Below, one piece after another: positions 1 to 9,974 of a DNA stretch of 64,000 nt. The stretch is from a virus. How positions within the stretch are numbered: the first letter of the stretch is position 1; each line of letters starts with the position of its first letter. The position numbers were made by a program, and so were the translations under genes. The stretch covers positions 47,894 through 111,893 of IMG/VR virus record IMGVR_UViG_3300009514_000001; one strand, given 5' to 3'. The notes beneath the pieces are model-generated. The model ran no database searches and was not told the DNA's origin. It saw nothing but the letters and a program-made list of their open reading frames with translations.

Positions 1-1
1 G

Positions 2-478
2 ATGGCTGACTCCAAGGAGTTCTCGGCCGGCCTCGGCCTCCGGGAGTTCGAGTTCGAGGTGTGGCGAAAGGTCATGTATGACTCCTGGGAGGTCACCGAC
101 GAGGGGGTCATCATCCTCAAGTACGTCGACAACCAGGCCTCCCGCCTGGCGAAGAAGGCGGTCTTGGTCGAGATCAACGGACAGCGGATGTGGATGGTCA
201 ACGCCACCAACCACGCCAGCGAGATTGGCCATCTCCTGTGTGCTCGCGAGGATGACGTCGGGGTCGCAATGATTTGGTTCTACGAGGCCCAGAAGAGTAG
301 GGCACGGGTGTGCTCTCTTCGGTCTCGCAAGGGCGGGGTTGATGTGGGTGCCTTCGCGGCCTCGTTCCGCAAAGACAACCCGGAGAAGGTACTCTCGGGG
401 GGTGGTCACCAGGCAGCCGCAGGGTTCGTCTGGAAAGGTCCTATCGAGGACCTGGTCACCTTCATTGATGACGAGTGA
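2..478 (+). CDS. DHH/DHHA1-family phosphoesterase, C-terminal part (probably truncated by the window edge)
   Basis: SLRSR...VDVGAFA...GGGHQAAAGF is the typical DHHA1 motif. Confidence 0.8.
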   Translation: MADSKEFSAGLGLREFEFEVWRKVMYDSWEVTDEGVIILKYVDNQASRLAKKAVLVEINGQRMWMVNATNHASEIGHLLCAREDDVGVAMIWFYEAQKSRARVCSLRSRKGGVDVGAFAASFRKDNPEKVLSGGGHQAAAGFVWKGPIEDLVTFIDDE

Positions 479-956
479 GCGAACGATGGACAGGCTGCAC
501 CACTACGGACGAGATGACTCCGGGGCTCTCTACGAGCTGGCGGTAATCTCTCGTCGTAGGGGTGACCGGGCGCCTTGGGGCGTCGCTGTCAGCCGTCTCG
601 TCGTTCTTGAGCAGTGGAATCTGCTCGCCGATGCCTTTTTGGGGAGTCCACTTCCCTGGCTCCGGTCGTATTATCCAGTAACAGGGCGCTGTGCCTCCTC
701 ATGGAAAGTGGCAGCACGGTGCCTCCGGGCCCTAGAAGGCCCGGACTGGTGGCTCTGGCTCCAACAGCATTCACTGGACTCTTGCGTCGCCGGTATCCTA
801 CATGGCGACGACCGGGACCTCAGCGAGGCTGTCAGGGCCGACTGGAACCGGCTTCTTGCCGAAGGCGTCAGCCAAAGGATTCTCGCCAAGGGCAAGAGAG
901 GACCGGTTCTCTGGGTTCGAGTCCCAGTTCCTTCACTGGACACGAGGATGCGATGA
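468..956 (+). CDS. hypothetical protein
   Basis: ATG at 468 (alternative 486) overlaps the upstream stop; its stop overlaps the next start (ATGA). Confidence 0.6.
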   Translation: MTSERTMDRLHHYGRDDSGALYELAVISRRRGDRAPWGVAVSRLVVLEQWNLLADAFLGSPLPWLRSYYPVTGRCASSWKVAARCLRALEGPDWWLWLQQHSLDSCVAGILHGDDRDLSEAVRADWNRLLAEGVSQRILAKGKRGPVLWVRVPVPSLDTRMR

Positions 957-1687
957 AACACGTTCTGCCCGAAGACACGACCGAGAAAGAGTTCCCCCGC
1001 CAGTTGGCCGCCATCCTGGCGAAAGCCTCGGACGGTGACGAGATCGAGCTGCCGACCAATGAGCTGTGCCAGGTGGCCGCCGAGACCCTCAGGGAGGACT
1101 ACCCCAACAAGCAGAATATCCGCCTGATCAGCCAAGAACCAATTCCCGTGTTCCAAGCCCCGGGCGGCGGACCCATGGTGCTCATCGGACCACCGCCGTG
1201 GCTCCAGGGAGAGGGAGACAACGACACTCCCCTGGCCGGCTCACCTCTCAGAGACTACGACGCCTGGATTCAAAAGCTCCAGGAGGACGGCCGGGTCCCA
1301 AGCGAAGAGGACGTCCAGGAGTGGCGGGAAAGGGAGGCGAGCATCCGAGGCCACGAGACCTGGATGGCCGGCTGGTTCGACAGCATGATTCACGGGTTCA
1401 TCATGGCGGGCAGGGAGGAAGGGACCAACGAGTTCCTCGACCGAACCCGCGTCCTTGTCCACCAGAGCGCCCTCGTTGTAGGACACCTGATGGAACTGGC
1501 TCGCCAGGCTGCCAACCGGGAGGAAGGAAAGGGACCCGAAGTCCTTCAGGAGCTTCGGGACCTGATGCGCGACGGTATCCGTTCGGGCATCTCGGACACC
1601 TCCAACTGCCAGTGCCCGAGCTGCGTTCAGCGACGCGAGGAAGAAGCCCGCGCCGCCGAAGCCGCTCTGGATGAGGATGGGGATTGA
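953..1687 (+). CDS. hypothetical protein with C-terminal CxCxxC motif
   Basis: ATGA coupling at 953; protein-like sequence MKHVLPED...CQCPSC. Confidence 0.7.
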   Translation: MKHVLPEDTTEKEFPRQLAAILAKASDGDEIELPTNELCQVAAETLREDYPNKQNIRLISQEPIPVFQAPGGGPMVLIGPPPWLQGEGDNDTPLAGSPLRDYDAWIQKLQEDGRVPSEEDVQEWREREASIRGHETWMAGWFDSMIHGFIMAGREEGTNEFLDRTRVLVHQSALVVGHLMELARQAANREEGKGPEVLQELRDLMRDGIRSGISDTSNCQCPSCVQRREEEARAAEAALDEDGD

Positions 1688-1697
1688 CAGGTTGTCG

Positions 1698-1842
1698 CAG
1701 AGTCCGCGCGAGCGGAGATGAGCCCGACCCCTGCTGCGGGACCGGTGGGATGCTCGCGCCTACCCCACATGCGTGGGGATGAGCCCGTACCCTGGTCTGA
1801 TGCGAAGCCCGAGTCCGCTCCGCACACGCGGAGATGATCCCC
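1698..1842 (+). CRISPR. degenerate type I-E-like CRISPR mini-array (3 repeats, 2 spacers); no cas genes in the window
   Basis: 29-nt repeats at 1698-1726, 1759-1787 and 1814-1842, each with a 5-6 bp GC stem, a 4-nt loop and a GATGA(G/T)CCC 3' end; first period 61 nt (29+32), second spacer 26 nt. Confidence 0.65.
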
Positions 1843-1844
1843 TC

Positions 1845-2873
1845 CTAGAGGTCGCCGAAGATTTGGCCCCACCAGGGAGCGATATCCCACTTGGTCTTCA
1901 CCACATGGTGGTGGCCGATGACACCGCGGAACGTGCTGGCTCCGCCTTTGCCCGTGAGAGCCTCACGGGGGATGACCCCGTGGTAGGGCTCGCCCGTCTC
2001 CTCCAGGCCGTCCTTGCCCCTGGGGATGCGGAACGGGATGCCGAGCGCGGCACAGAGGTCCTCTGTCAGCTCCCTGGCCGCCTTGGCCAGTCGGGGCTCC
2101 AGGGTGACGATCTTGTCTCGACCCCGAGGATTGGGGTTGTCGACCAGCTCGACGTTCCACCCCTTCTTCTTGAGCTTCTTGAGCCACTTCTCCGTCGGCT
2201 GCTGACAGATGTCCAGACCGACGGACCGGCTGTTGGCCCCCGCCGCGTGCCAGGCCCGGTGGATGGTGTCTAGGAACTGGTAGAAGTAGACCTGGTCCTC
2301 CGCGACCTGCAAGTCCAGGCCGCCGTGGGAGGACACGTTGCGCTTGTCCGAGACGATGTTGCCCTTCTTGTCGAACTTGGCGTTCTCGAAGACGTTGAAC
2401 AGGGACTGGGCTGAAAAGGCGCCCCAGTGCCAGACGATGTAGTCGATGCCCTGACCCAGCTTACGGCCCTCGTTGTAGTCCTTCTCCCGGTGCAGGTCGA
2501 GGCCGCCCCCATCATTGAAGTTGATGAACTGGTAGCTGCGGCCCTCGGGAAGGGCGATCTCCTGTCCGTCGTGAATCAGACGGTTCACCCACGGACCCAC
2601 TTGTTTGAGGTGGTCGCCGTAGTTGTCCTTGATGGCCCTCCAGGTCCCGTTACCGAGTTTGCCGTCCCAGTCCTCCTCGTCCTCGAACACGGCCCTCTGG
2701 ATGTCGTGGACGGCCTCGGCGAACGCGAGACTACTCGGGTCCTGGGCAAGGTCTGGAAAGGCCTCCAGAGCCGCAAGGGGCATCTTGTCGTAGAAGTTCA
2801 GCTTGGCTTCGGCGCGCTCGTTGAAGTCGGCGGCCTTCTTCGGGTCGTACCCGAATTCCATCAGGTCACTCAT
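1845..2873 (-). CDS. N-acetylmuramoyl-L-alanine amidase (Amidase_2-like) with a peptidoglycan-binding-like motif; putative endolysin
   Basis: IVWHW, SSH, AWHAAGANSRSVGLD, VIGHHHV..K.D motifs; DGKLGNGT motif. Confidence 0.8.
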   Translation of the reverse strand: MSDLMEFGYDPKKAADFNERAEAKLNFYDKMPLAALEAFPDLAQDPSSLAFAEAVHDIQRAVFEDEEDWDGKLGNGTWRAIKDNYGDHLKQVGPWVNRLIHDGQEIALPEGRSYQFINFNDGGGLDLHREKDYNEGRKLGQGIDYIVWHWGAFSAQSLFNVFENAKFDKKGNIVSDKRNVSSHGGLDLQVAEDQVYFYQFLDTIHRAWHAAGANSRSVGLDICQQPTEKWLKKLKKKGWNVELVDNPNPRGRDKIVTLEPRLAKAARELTEDLCAALGIPFRIPRGKDGLEETGEPYHGVIPREALTGKGGASTFRGVIGHHHVVKTKWDIAPWWGQIFGDL

Positions 2874-2878
2874 CTCTC

Positions 2879-3379
2879 TCACCCTCGTTGGAGTTCTCGG
2901 AGGCTCTTCAGACGGTACTCGTCGAAGAGTCTCCATACGGGATCGACATAGGGGCGGACGAGAACCCTCTCCGCCTCCTCACGAGTTTCTACTCCTGGCT
3001 TGACTCTCTGCCTGGCCATGAAATAGAAGCTATAGGCAACCTCCGGACTAGACTGACACCAGACAACGACCGGCAACCCTTCGAGCCGAATGTCGTCGGT
3101 GTCGGGAACCCGGAATAGGGCTCTCGCCGTGGCTGCTACCTCAGCCGAACTGTAGTGCTTAGGTCTCTCCTCCTCGTAGAGGTCAAAGAGAGGACGCCAG
3201 ACACCCTCCTCGTAGGGTGACGCCAGATAGTTCGCCCCATGGGCAAGCCAGAAGGTGTAGCGGCCGTCCTTGACGAAGGCGTCGACCTTGGTCTTTGACA
3301 GTATACCCTTCCGAGGAGGTCTCCGTGACCGGACCCGGTCCTTGCGCTTCCTCTGTTTCTTGCGCTTCTGTCTGCCCAT
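2879..3379 (-). CDS. hypothetical protein with basic N-terminus
   Basis: 166-aa ORF abutting the amidase gene. Confidence 0.65.
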   Translation of the reverse strand: MGRQKRKKQRKRKDRVRSRRPPRKGILSKTKVDAFVKDGRYTFWLAHGANYLASPYEEGVWRPLFDLYEEERPKHYSSAEVAATARALFRVPDTDDIRLEGLPVVVWCQSSPEVAYSFYFMARQRVKPGVETREEAERVLVRPYVDPVWRLFDEYRLKSLRELQRG

Positions 3380-3562
3380 GACTTTCCGTCAGCAGATTGT
3401 TGAGTGCGTGGCGGCTCGCCACCTAATCCTCAAAACAACCCACCACCCATCCCTCGAATTACCCCTCTCCACCTTACCCACCTTAGACACCGCCACGCAC
3501 TCCTCTCGTTGTTCCTTCGATACTTGCGCCTAGCGTAGTCGACCTCAGAGGAGCGTACCCAG

Positions 3563-3919
3563 ATGAAACTACTCAGGCCCTCCCGTTGCAGCCAGTGCGG
3601 ACGCACCATCCAGGTTCCAGGGCGCGGTTCCTACCGCATCGCCTGTGAGTGTGGCCACCTCAACGAATACCGCGGCACCCCCTCCCGGAAGTGGGAGAAG
3701 CCAACGCCTCCGCGAGAGCCGGCCCCCAGGATTGTGCCCGAGCCTCGACCGGCACCGGAGCCGGAACCAGAGCCTCTCCCCGAGTGGAACAGCAGGATGC
3801 TCAAGGCCGAGCTGTTCACCACCGCCACGGAGTGGTCCCTGGATGTCAGCACTGACAGCACCAAGGCAGAAATCATCGAGGCCCTCAAAGACCTCGAAGC
3901 CAGCCGGAGCGGAGAATGA
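3563..3919 (+). CDS. Zn-ribbon protein with Pro/Glu linker and C-terminal HeH/Rho_N-like domain
   Basis: CSQC...CECG; KAELFTTA...TKAEIIEAL; GAGGAG RBS upstream. Confidence 0.75.
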   Translation: MKLLRPSRCSQCGRTIQVPGRGSYRIACECGHLNEYRGTPSRKWEKPTPPREPAPRIVPEPRPAPEPEPEPLPEWNSRMLKAELFTTATEWSLDVSTDSTKAEIIEALKDLEASRSGE

Positions 3920-6105
3920 CAGCCATGAATCCTCGCCTCCAACTGGAGAGGTTGTCGCAAAAGGTCTCGCGTGAGTTCCTCCGGGCTCTTGACCGGGACG
4001 AGTACGAGGAGGCTAACAACATTCTGCGGGAGTTCTCTCGCAAGGCCCTTCCTATCCTGCAATCTCTCGACAAGGAGTTGACTGGAAGGAACGATAGCAG
4101 ACTCACGGAGAAAGGACTGTATGAGGCCTTGTTCGAAGGGTCCGGCTCCTATGTCTACTACCTGAGCGACGGGGGCTACAGCCGGTTGGTGTTTGACATC
4201 ATGCAGACAATGGGCTCCTCTTCGCTCCCGTTTGGCATCGAAAGAGGCCTGGCAACAGCCAGGACGCTCTCCCGTTGGGACGAGATGAGAAAGGCGAGCG
4301 GAGGTCTTCTGGCCGAGCTTGAGAGGAGAGTGGAAGCTCTCCTCTCTGAGGCGGAAAGTAGGGAGGGCAAAATCACCTACGAGGAAGCCAAAGAGATAGG
4401 AGGACCCTTCAAGGAGTGGTTCCTGGCCACATTCCTCATCGAGAGGAGTACCACCCCGAGGGGAGGAAAGAAGGTCAAGGAAGAGGCAAGGAAACTCCTC
4501 TGGGCGCTGACGAACGGCATCTACATAGGAGGGGGGTGGACAATCCAATCGGTCCGCGCCGCTTGGGGACAATTCCGGCCTCTGGCACCCACCCTTGTCA
4601 AGCTCTTCTCAGATGAAGGGAAAGACAAGGACCACCTCCGCGAGAAGAAGACCTCCCTCGCGACCTACGTCAACCAAAGGGGGTTGTCGAACAAGACCTT
4701 CCTCAAGTACGTGGGGGTTATCGAAGCCGTCATAGGCAACCTCAAAGGGTGGCGCCGCAAGGCCCTGGGGAGGGGATTGAGAGTCATCCTCGCCAGTCCC
4801 GACCACTTTCGCGGAACAGCCTCCGGGAAATATCGAAGAGAGGAGGATGCTCTCTACGTTCGAGCCACGCCCAAGGTCCTGAAGAGGACTTCTGGGGCGT
4901 ATGCGTCCCCCGAATACATCATCGTCCACGAACTGGGTCACAGGTACGAGTACAAACAGCGAGTCCCCCTGGACTTCGACAGGACCCCTTGGACAACAAC
5001 CAGGTACTCCCGCACGGAAGGCGAGGCCTTCGCGGAACTGTTCGCTCTCGGCCACTTCGGATATCCAGAGTACAGCGACATCCTAGTCAAGTTTGAGGAA
5101 GTCATGACGGGGAAGAAAAAGAGGCGAGCAACGATGGGCCCCAGAGCAATCGCCCGTAGCATCGCCGAGCGTCTCTCCTGCGGACCTCACCCATGCCAGT
5201 GTGGTGGGGCCTGTCAGTGTGGCGGCACCTGCCGGTCCAAGGGCGCCGACCAGGCCAAGGACGCTGAGCAGATGGTCTACTTCGACGCTGACCACATCGA
5301 CGTCGACGTGACCATCGGTGAGGTCGAAATCGAGAACAAGGGTGGACAGCCGGACATGATAGGCGGATTAAAGGGGGAGTACTACGGAGACATCCCGTTC
5401 TCCGAAACTTACGGAGACTTGGGTGCCAAGCTCCAGTTCGGTTCCTGTTTCAATGAGGTTGCCCAGGCGGAAAATAGCTTGGTTCTCGCTAGTAATAACC
5501 ACCCTTGCGACGGCGGATTTTACGGTTGTGAACCAACCCCCTATCCGCCCAGGACTCACGTCCTCTCCGCAGGCTGTAACACCGATGAACTACCGGCTGA
5601 GCCCAAACATAGAGACCCTGTCAGACCTCGTCAAGGGGACTCCTGGAAGCTCGCCGGCTGGGATCGAGGTCTCACTGTGGACCAGGTCGAGTTGAAGCTC
5701 TCCTACGCCGACAGAGAGGCCTACGTCCCTTTTGTACCGGGCGCTCGACCTGACCTGCAAGACCAGCAGGAAGAGCGCCCTTTCAACGAGTACATCCACC
5801 CCGACGCCCTCCCGAACGACGACGAGAGCGAGGCTCACCCAGCCACTCCGACGCCGGCGGAGGTCCTCATTCGCAAGGCATCAGCCGGCAGAGTCAGACC
5901 CTACCTCCTCAAGTACCTGAAGATTCTCGGCGAGAAGATTCGCCCTAAGATCAAGATTCGGGGTCGAGGTGGTTGGGCCAAACCCTGTGGACCAGCAGAG
6001 ATCCTGGCACCACCACGATTGTCCTCCAGAAGCGCATCCTCGACGACCCGTCCACCCTGGAAAGGGTCGTTGCCCATGAGGTGGTCCACCACGTTGAGTT
6101 CATGA
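3916..6105 (+). CDS. large modular protein with HExxH zinc-peptidase-like domain and Cys-rich segment; true frame probably shifts near 5960
   Basis: IVHELGH...EAFAELFA; CQCGGACQCGGTC; sequence after 5963 looks out of frame. Confidence 0.7.
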   Translation: MTAMNPRLQLERLSQKVSREFLRALDRDEYEEANNILREFSRKALPILQSLDKELTGRNDSRLTEKGLYEALFEGSGSYVYYLSDGGYSRLVFDIMQTMGSSSLPFGIERGLATARTLSRWDEMRKASGGLLAELERRVEALLSEAESREGKITYEEAKEIGGPFKEWFLATFLIERSTTPRGGKKVKEEARKLLWALTNGIYIGGGWTIQSVRAAWGQFRPLAPTLVKLFSDEGKDKDHLREKKTSLATYVNQRGLSNKTFLKYVGVIEAVIGNLKGWRRKALGRGLRVILASPDHFRGTASGKYRREEDALYVRATPKVLKRTSGAYASPEYIIVHELGHRYEYKQRVPLDFDRTPWTTTRYSRTEGEAFAELFALGHFGYPEYSDILVKFEEVMTGKKKRRATMGPRAIARSIAERLSCGPHPCQCGGACQCGGTCRSKGADQAKDAEQMVYFDADHIDVDVTIGEVEIENKGGQPDMIGGLKGEYYGDIPFSETYGDLGAKLQFGSCFNEVAQAENSLVLASNNHPCDGGFYGCEPTPYPPRTHVLSAGCNTDELPAEPKHRDPVRPRQGDSWKLAGWDRGLTVDQVELKLSYADREAYVPFVPGARPDLQDQQEERPFNEYIHPDALPNDDESEAHPATPTPAEVLIRKASAGRVRPYLLKYLKILGEKIRPKIKIRGRGGWAKPCGPAEILAPPRLSSRSASSTTRPPWKGSLPMRWSTTLSS

Positions 6106-6875
6106 GCGTGGCGCGGGAAGACATCAAGAGGATGAAGTACCATCCCGAGCACGGGAAAATGTTCCTGGATTTGGCTGCCAAGGTAAATGCAGCGATGGGC
6201 TCCGGCTTCGTGACCGTCACATCAGACCAGACATACGTCGAGACTGAGAACACCCGCGAGTTCTACCTCCTGGTAGAACCTCTCCCCTACAGAGGAGAGA
6301 CCCGATACGGCTGGGCGTGGGGAGCCAGGATGACCAAGCGCACCAAGGCGAAGGTGGAGCGCTCCATAAGGAGTGGTGGGAAGCTGGTTCGGACCCGGGA
6401 TGGACGGTGGCTAAACGGGGCCAAGCTCAGTCAAGGGGGGTACTCCCTTGCCAAGCCGGGAAGCCCCGAGGAAGATGAGATCAAACACATCCTGGGCATC
6501 AAGCCGGAAAAGCACGCCAGTGCCAGGAGAACGGTGGTTCTGCCCAAGGGTTTCCGCAAGGCGGTCGAGAAGCACGCCAGTGGCGTGTTCGTCATCCTGG
6601 GTGGCAAGAAGTACAAGCTCGTCAAGAAGGGTCACAGCGGAGCCTGGGAGGTCGAGGGAGTGCCCGGTCGACGAGGCGGCGGTCCTCATGTCGGCGAGAG
6701 ATACATGCTCAGGGCCAAGCCCTCAAACACGATGTTGTCAGCCTCCCCAGGTGAGTCCCGGACGCCGAGGAGAGTCTACCTCTCCCCGACGACAAGCCGA
6801 GGCACGGCAGACAGGGGGAGCGACGAGAAGGTCTACTTCCCGTTCGACGAGATGGTCCTCTTGCTTCCTCGCTAG
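5973..6875 (+). CDS. SprT-like zinc metalloprotease domain protein (probably continuous with the upstream ORF)
   Basis: VAHEVVH...HGKMF matches the SprT HExxH..HG..F pattern. Confidence 0.7.
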   Translation: MGQTLWTSRDPGTTTIVLQKRILDDPSTLERVVAHEVVHHVEFMSVAREDIKRMKYHPEHGKMFLDLAAKVNAAMGSGFVTVTSDQTYVETENTREFYLLVEPLPYRGETRYGWAWGARMTKRTKAKVERSIRSGGKLVRTRDGRWLNGAKLSQGGYSLAKPGSPEEDEIKHILGIKPEKHASARRTVVLPKGFRKAVEKHASGVFVILGGKKYKLVKKGHSGAWEVEGVPGRRGGGPHVGERYMLRAKPSNTMLSASPGESRTPRRVYLSPTTSRGTADRGSDEKVYFPFDEMVLLLPR

Positions 6876-8872
6876 ATCCCTAACAGGTCCATCAGCTCAT
6901 CGACCTGGCGTTGCTCCTCGGGGCTCATGGACTTGCGCTCCACTTCTTCGACCACGGTCTTGATGGCCTTCGGAGAGACCGTCGGGGCCACGTCTGGCTG
7001 CGGGAACTTGGTCACTCGACCTGTGTGGAAGTGGAACTCCACCGGGACCGGGATGCGGAGCTTCTCAGCGATGGCCAGACGGTGGTTGCCTTCGGCGACC
7101 TTGGCAGAGCCGTCACGGCCGATGTGGAAGTGCAGCGGCTCCTTCGGGTTCCACCCGTTGCGCCGCATGTCCTCCACCAGAGCGTCCCACTTCATTGGTC
7201 CTTCGAGCCAGACGCTCTTGCCCCCGACCTTGGCGTAGCCTGAGCGGCTGTTATCTCGGGTCCAGCGATACTCCTTGTGAGGGGCCATCTCCCGAGGCTT
7301 GAACGGTTGGGGCATCGAATCGTCGAGAGCCTTATCTCCGTCCTCGGACCATCGTCGGATGACCTCGTCGACGGACACGCCGCGGCGGAGACGGTAGTAA
7401 CCGGCCACCCGCTGCATGTACTCGCCGGCGACCCTCTGGGCCATCTGGGACTGAATCAGCTCATCATTCTCCCGTTCTATCCAGAGACGTCGGACCCCAT
7501 CCAGAAGTTTATGGGAGGGGTAGCTCTGCCCAAGCTGTTTGGGGGTCGTGCCCATTGCGTTACAGAAGTCGACCAACCACTGCGAGCGCTTTGCGGCGTA
7601 CCCAGGGTCCCTCCCGTAGGGCCCGAAACAGAACTCGAAAACCGCTCGCATCTCCTCGGGGTGAGGGGGCCGCCCCCAGACCAGATTGTACTCGGTGATG
7701 ATTCTGCCCAGGGCGTCGCCCATGATGTCGGCCGGACCATCGCCGTTGTACATCGCCTCATCGGCAGGGTCGACACCTGGGAAGGCGTTGAGCAGGCCAC
7801 CCTTGTCGACCGGCGGAGGGGAGATGCCTGGGTTGCCCGGTGTGATGGCCCACCAGCCGGCGACCTTGTTCGCCAGTCTCCTCTCACCCTCGGCGACCAA
7901 CTCCATGCTCTTGACTGGGGCCGGCTCGACGCCGACAACCTGGTAGTCCCGGAGACGACCTCGGTCGAGCGTCTTCATGAGGCTCTGCTCATTGATGACC
8001 ACCCGCCACAGGTCGCGAATCTCGCCGCCTCCCAGGTCGCTGGCGATGCCGTAGGCCCGGTCGGCGTCCGTCGTCAGGAAGATGCCTGGAGGAACCGTCC
8101 GTGCGTTCTCGTAGTGGCGCCTGTCACGCGTCGGGCGGGCCGTCCATAGGAGGAGCCACTTGCCAGGCTTCGAGGTGCTCCCAGGGCTCTCCAGCTCCCT
8201 CACGAGGCCGAAGTAGTCTGACTCGTCTGCGGAGTTCTGGAAGAAGTAGGAGTCCTGGCCCTCCAGGACCTCCATCACCACGACCTTGCTACCTTCAAGG
8301 TAGGCTGAGAATCCCATCAGGTCGCCGAGGCGGACATAGCCACCGGTGACCGGAGTGGTCAGGCCCGTCTCCTCATTGTACATCGGCTCGACCACCACAT
8401 CGTGGACGCCGGACCAAGTCTTGAACCGCTTGGTGGCTTTCTCGATGTGGCCCACGAGAGTATCCAGGTTGACCTTGCTCTCGTCGATTACCTTCTGAGC
8501 CGAGGGGCGATAGTTCTCGTAGAGCTGGTCCTCGGTCATGCTAAGCTCTTCGACTCCCTGGAGCTGGTCGAGGTAGTCGTAGACCTTACGCCAGGTGCTG
8601 AACAGCTCCGTGGGGACGCGGTCGAATAGACCCCGGTCCACCACCATCAAGCTGATCTCAGAGGCGTTGCCGTCTCTCAGGGCCTGGGCGTAGTTCGAGC
8701 CGATGTGGGGCTCCAGAAGGTCTGCCAGGTCGACCCCGTTGATGCGGTTCTGACGGAGGCGCTCGTACCTCTTCCAGGCATACCGAGCCCCCTCGGCCAG
8801 GTCAGCGTCCAGGTCGTCGAGGTACTTCTTCGCGTCAATAGTGACTCGGCCCATGGCCTTAGTCCACGGCAA
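6872..8872 (-). CDS. modular protein with C-terminal ParB/Srx-like domain
   Basis: LVEDMRRNGW...PL...EGNHRLAIA motif; internal LANKVA and AQRVA peptides. Confidence 0.7.
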   Translation of the reverse strand: MPWTKAMGRVTIDAKKYLDDLDADLAEGARYAWKRYERLRQNRINGVDLADLLEPHIGSNYAQALRDGNASEISLMVVDRGLFDRVPTELFSTWRKVYDYLDQLQGVEELSMTEDQLYENYRPSAQKVIDESKVNLDTLVGHIEKATKRFKTWSGVHDVVVEPMYNEETGLTTPVTGGYVRLGDLMGFSAYLEGSKVVVMEVLEGQDSYFFQNSADESDYFGLVRELESPGSTSKPGKWLLLWTARPTRDRRHYENARTVPPGIFLTTDADRAYGIASDLGGGEIRDLWRVVINEQSLMKTLDRGRLRDYQVVGVEPAPVKSMELVAEGERRLANKVAGWWAITPGNPGISPPPVDKGGLLNAFPGVDPADEAMYNGDGPADIMGDALGRIITEYNLVWGRPPHPEEMRAVFEFCFGPYGRDPGYAAKRSQWLVDFCNAMGTTPKQLGQSYPSHKLLDGVRRLWIERENDELIQSQMAQRVAGEYMQRVAGYYRLRRGVSVDEVIRRWSEDGDKALDDSMPQPFKPREMAPHKEYRWTRDNSRSGYAKVGGKSVWLEGPMKWDALVEDMRRNGWNPKEPLHFHIGRDGSAKVAEGNHRLAIAEKLRIPVPVEFHFHTGRVTKFPQPDVAPTVSPKAIKTVVEEVERKSMSPEEQRQVDELMDLLGI

Positions 8873-9812
8873 GGTAGTAGTGGAAGTTAATACCCAGGTC
8901 GCTCATGACCTTGGTGACGTCGCGGAACGACATCTTGGGGATGTCGGACTCGTTCTGGCGGGCCCACTCGTAGAACTTCTTGGTGCCCGTCCGCTTGCGC
9001 TTGCGGGGGATGGCCGTCGGCTCGTTGATCTTGTCGGTCAGGTCCCTGACCATGAAGCTCTGCGGTTCGGCAACGACCCTGACCTTGGGGCCGGAGACGT
9101 CGACAGGGTCCATCCCTACCGGGTCGATGCGAATGCCCTTGTGAGTGCGTTCGTCGAGCATCAGGCGGTAGCTGAGGCCCAGGACTGACTTGGCCATGCG
9201 AAGGGCCTTCGTGTAGTCCGCCGAGTAGAGAGAGGAGGACACGTAGTCCAGGAGAGCCTTGCCGAGGCCATCCAGGTACGTCTGGGACCCCAAGCTGAAC
9301 TGGTCGACCTTCTTCCCCCGCTTGCCGGCGTAGGTGAGGTCCCAGACCTTCACCCAGTCCGCGAGACGCTGAACGCGGATGCGACCGTTCTCGAACTTCT
9401 CCCCGACGGCCAGGGGCTTCCCGGTCGCCCGCTGGACCTTCTTGATGAGTTCGGGGTGCCACTGGCCCTGGTCCCGTGTTCCATACTCCAGCTTCCGAAG
9501 CTCTCGGTACTTCTCGAACTCACGGTCGAGACTGCGAGCTTGTCTAAGGATGGGCAGAAGACGATCTCGAAGCTCCGGCTTGGCGTGAGCCAGACGGACC
9601 ACCTCGTCGAAGAGGGCGGCCTCCTTGTCCGGCTGCGGATGGATGTCGCGCTTGTCGAAGTCCTCGCGCTCAACACGCTCCTCTCCATCCTTGTCGAGGT
9701 CAGCGACCTGAGACGCCCGACGACCCAACCAGCTTCCTCTGGCCTCCTTGGTTGGGCCGCTGACCATCTGGTTCACGACTCGGCGAGCAATCTCCCTGGC
9801 GTCCATATTCAT
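8859..9812 (-). CDS. hypothetical modular protein (putative virion internal protein)
   Basis: GGAG RBS before MNMDAREIARRV; long clean ORF. Confidence 0.7.
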   Translation of the reverse strand: MNMDAREIARRVVNQMVSGPTKEARGSWLGRRASQVADLDKDGEERVEREDFDKRDIHPQPDKEAALFDEVVRLAHAKPELRDRLLPILRQARSLDREFEKYRELRKLEYGTRDQGQWHPELIKKVQRATGKPLAVGEKFENGRIRVQRLADWVKVWDLTYAGKRGKKVDQFSLGSQTYLDGLGKALLDYVSSSLYSADYTKALRMAKSVLGLSYRLMLDERTHKGIRIDPVGMDPVDVSGPKVRVVAEPQSFMVRDLTDKINEPTAIPRKRKRTGTKKFYEWARQNESDIPKMSFRDVTKVMSDLGINFHYYLAVD

Positions 9813-9974
9813 CTCCCAATTGGTCCGCACTGGCTGTCCAATACTCCGGTTGTATAGGAGGCATATCATGCCAGCAGATTCCACATTTGAACAACGACGC
9901 ATCGCCCGCCGAGTGGCGGACGCCTACTTCAGAGCCCATCCCGCTGCGCCACGTGACAACAGGGCCATGCTCAG

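Noticed and set aside
3380..3560. C-rich divergent intergenic stretch as an origin or RNA gene
   Set aside because: Strand-biased, but I could not support iterons or a convincing structure.
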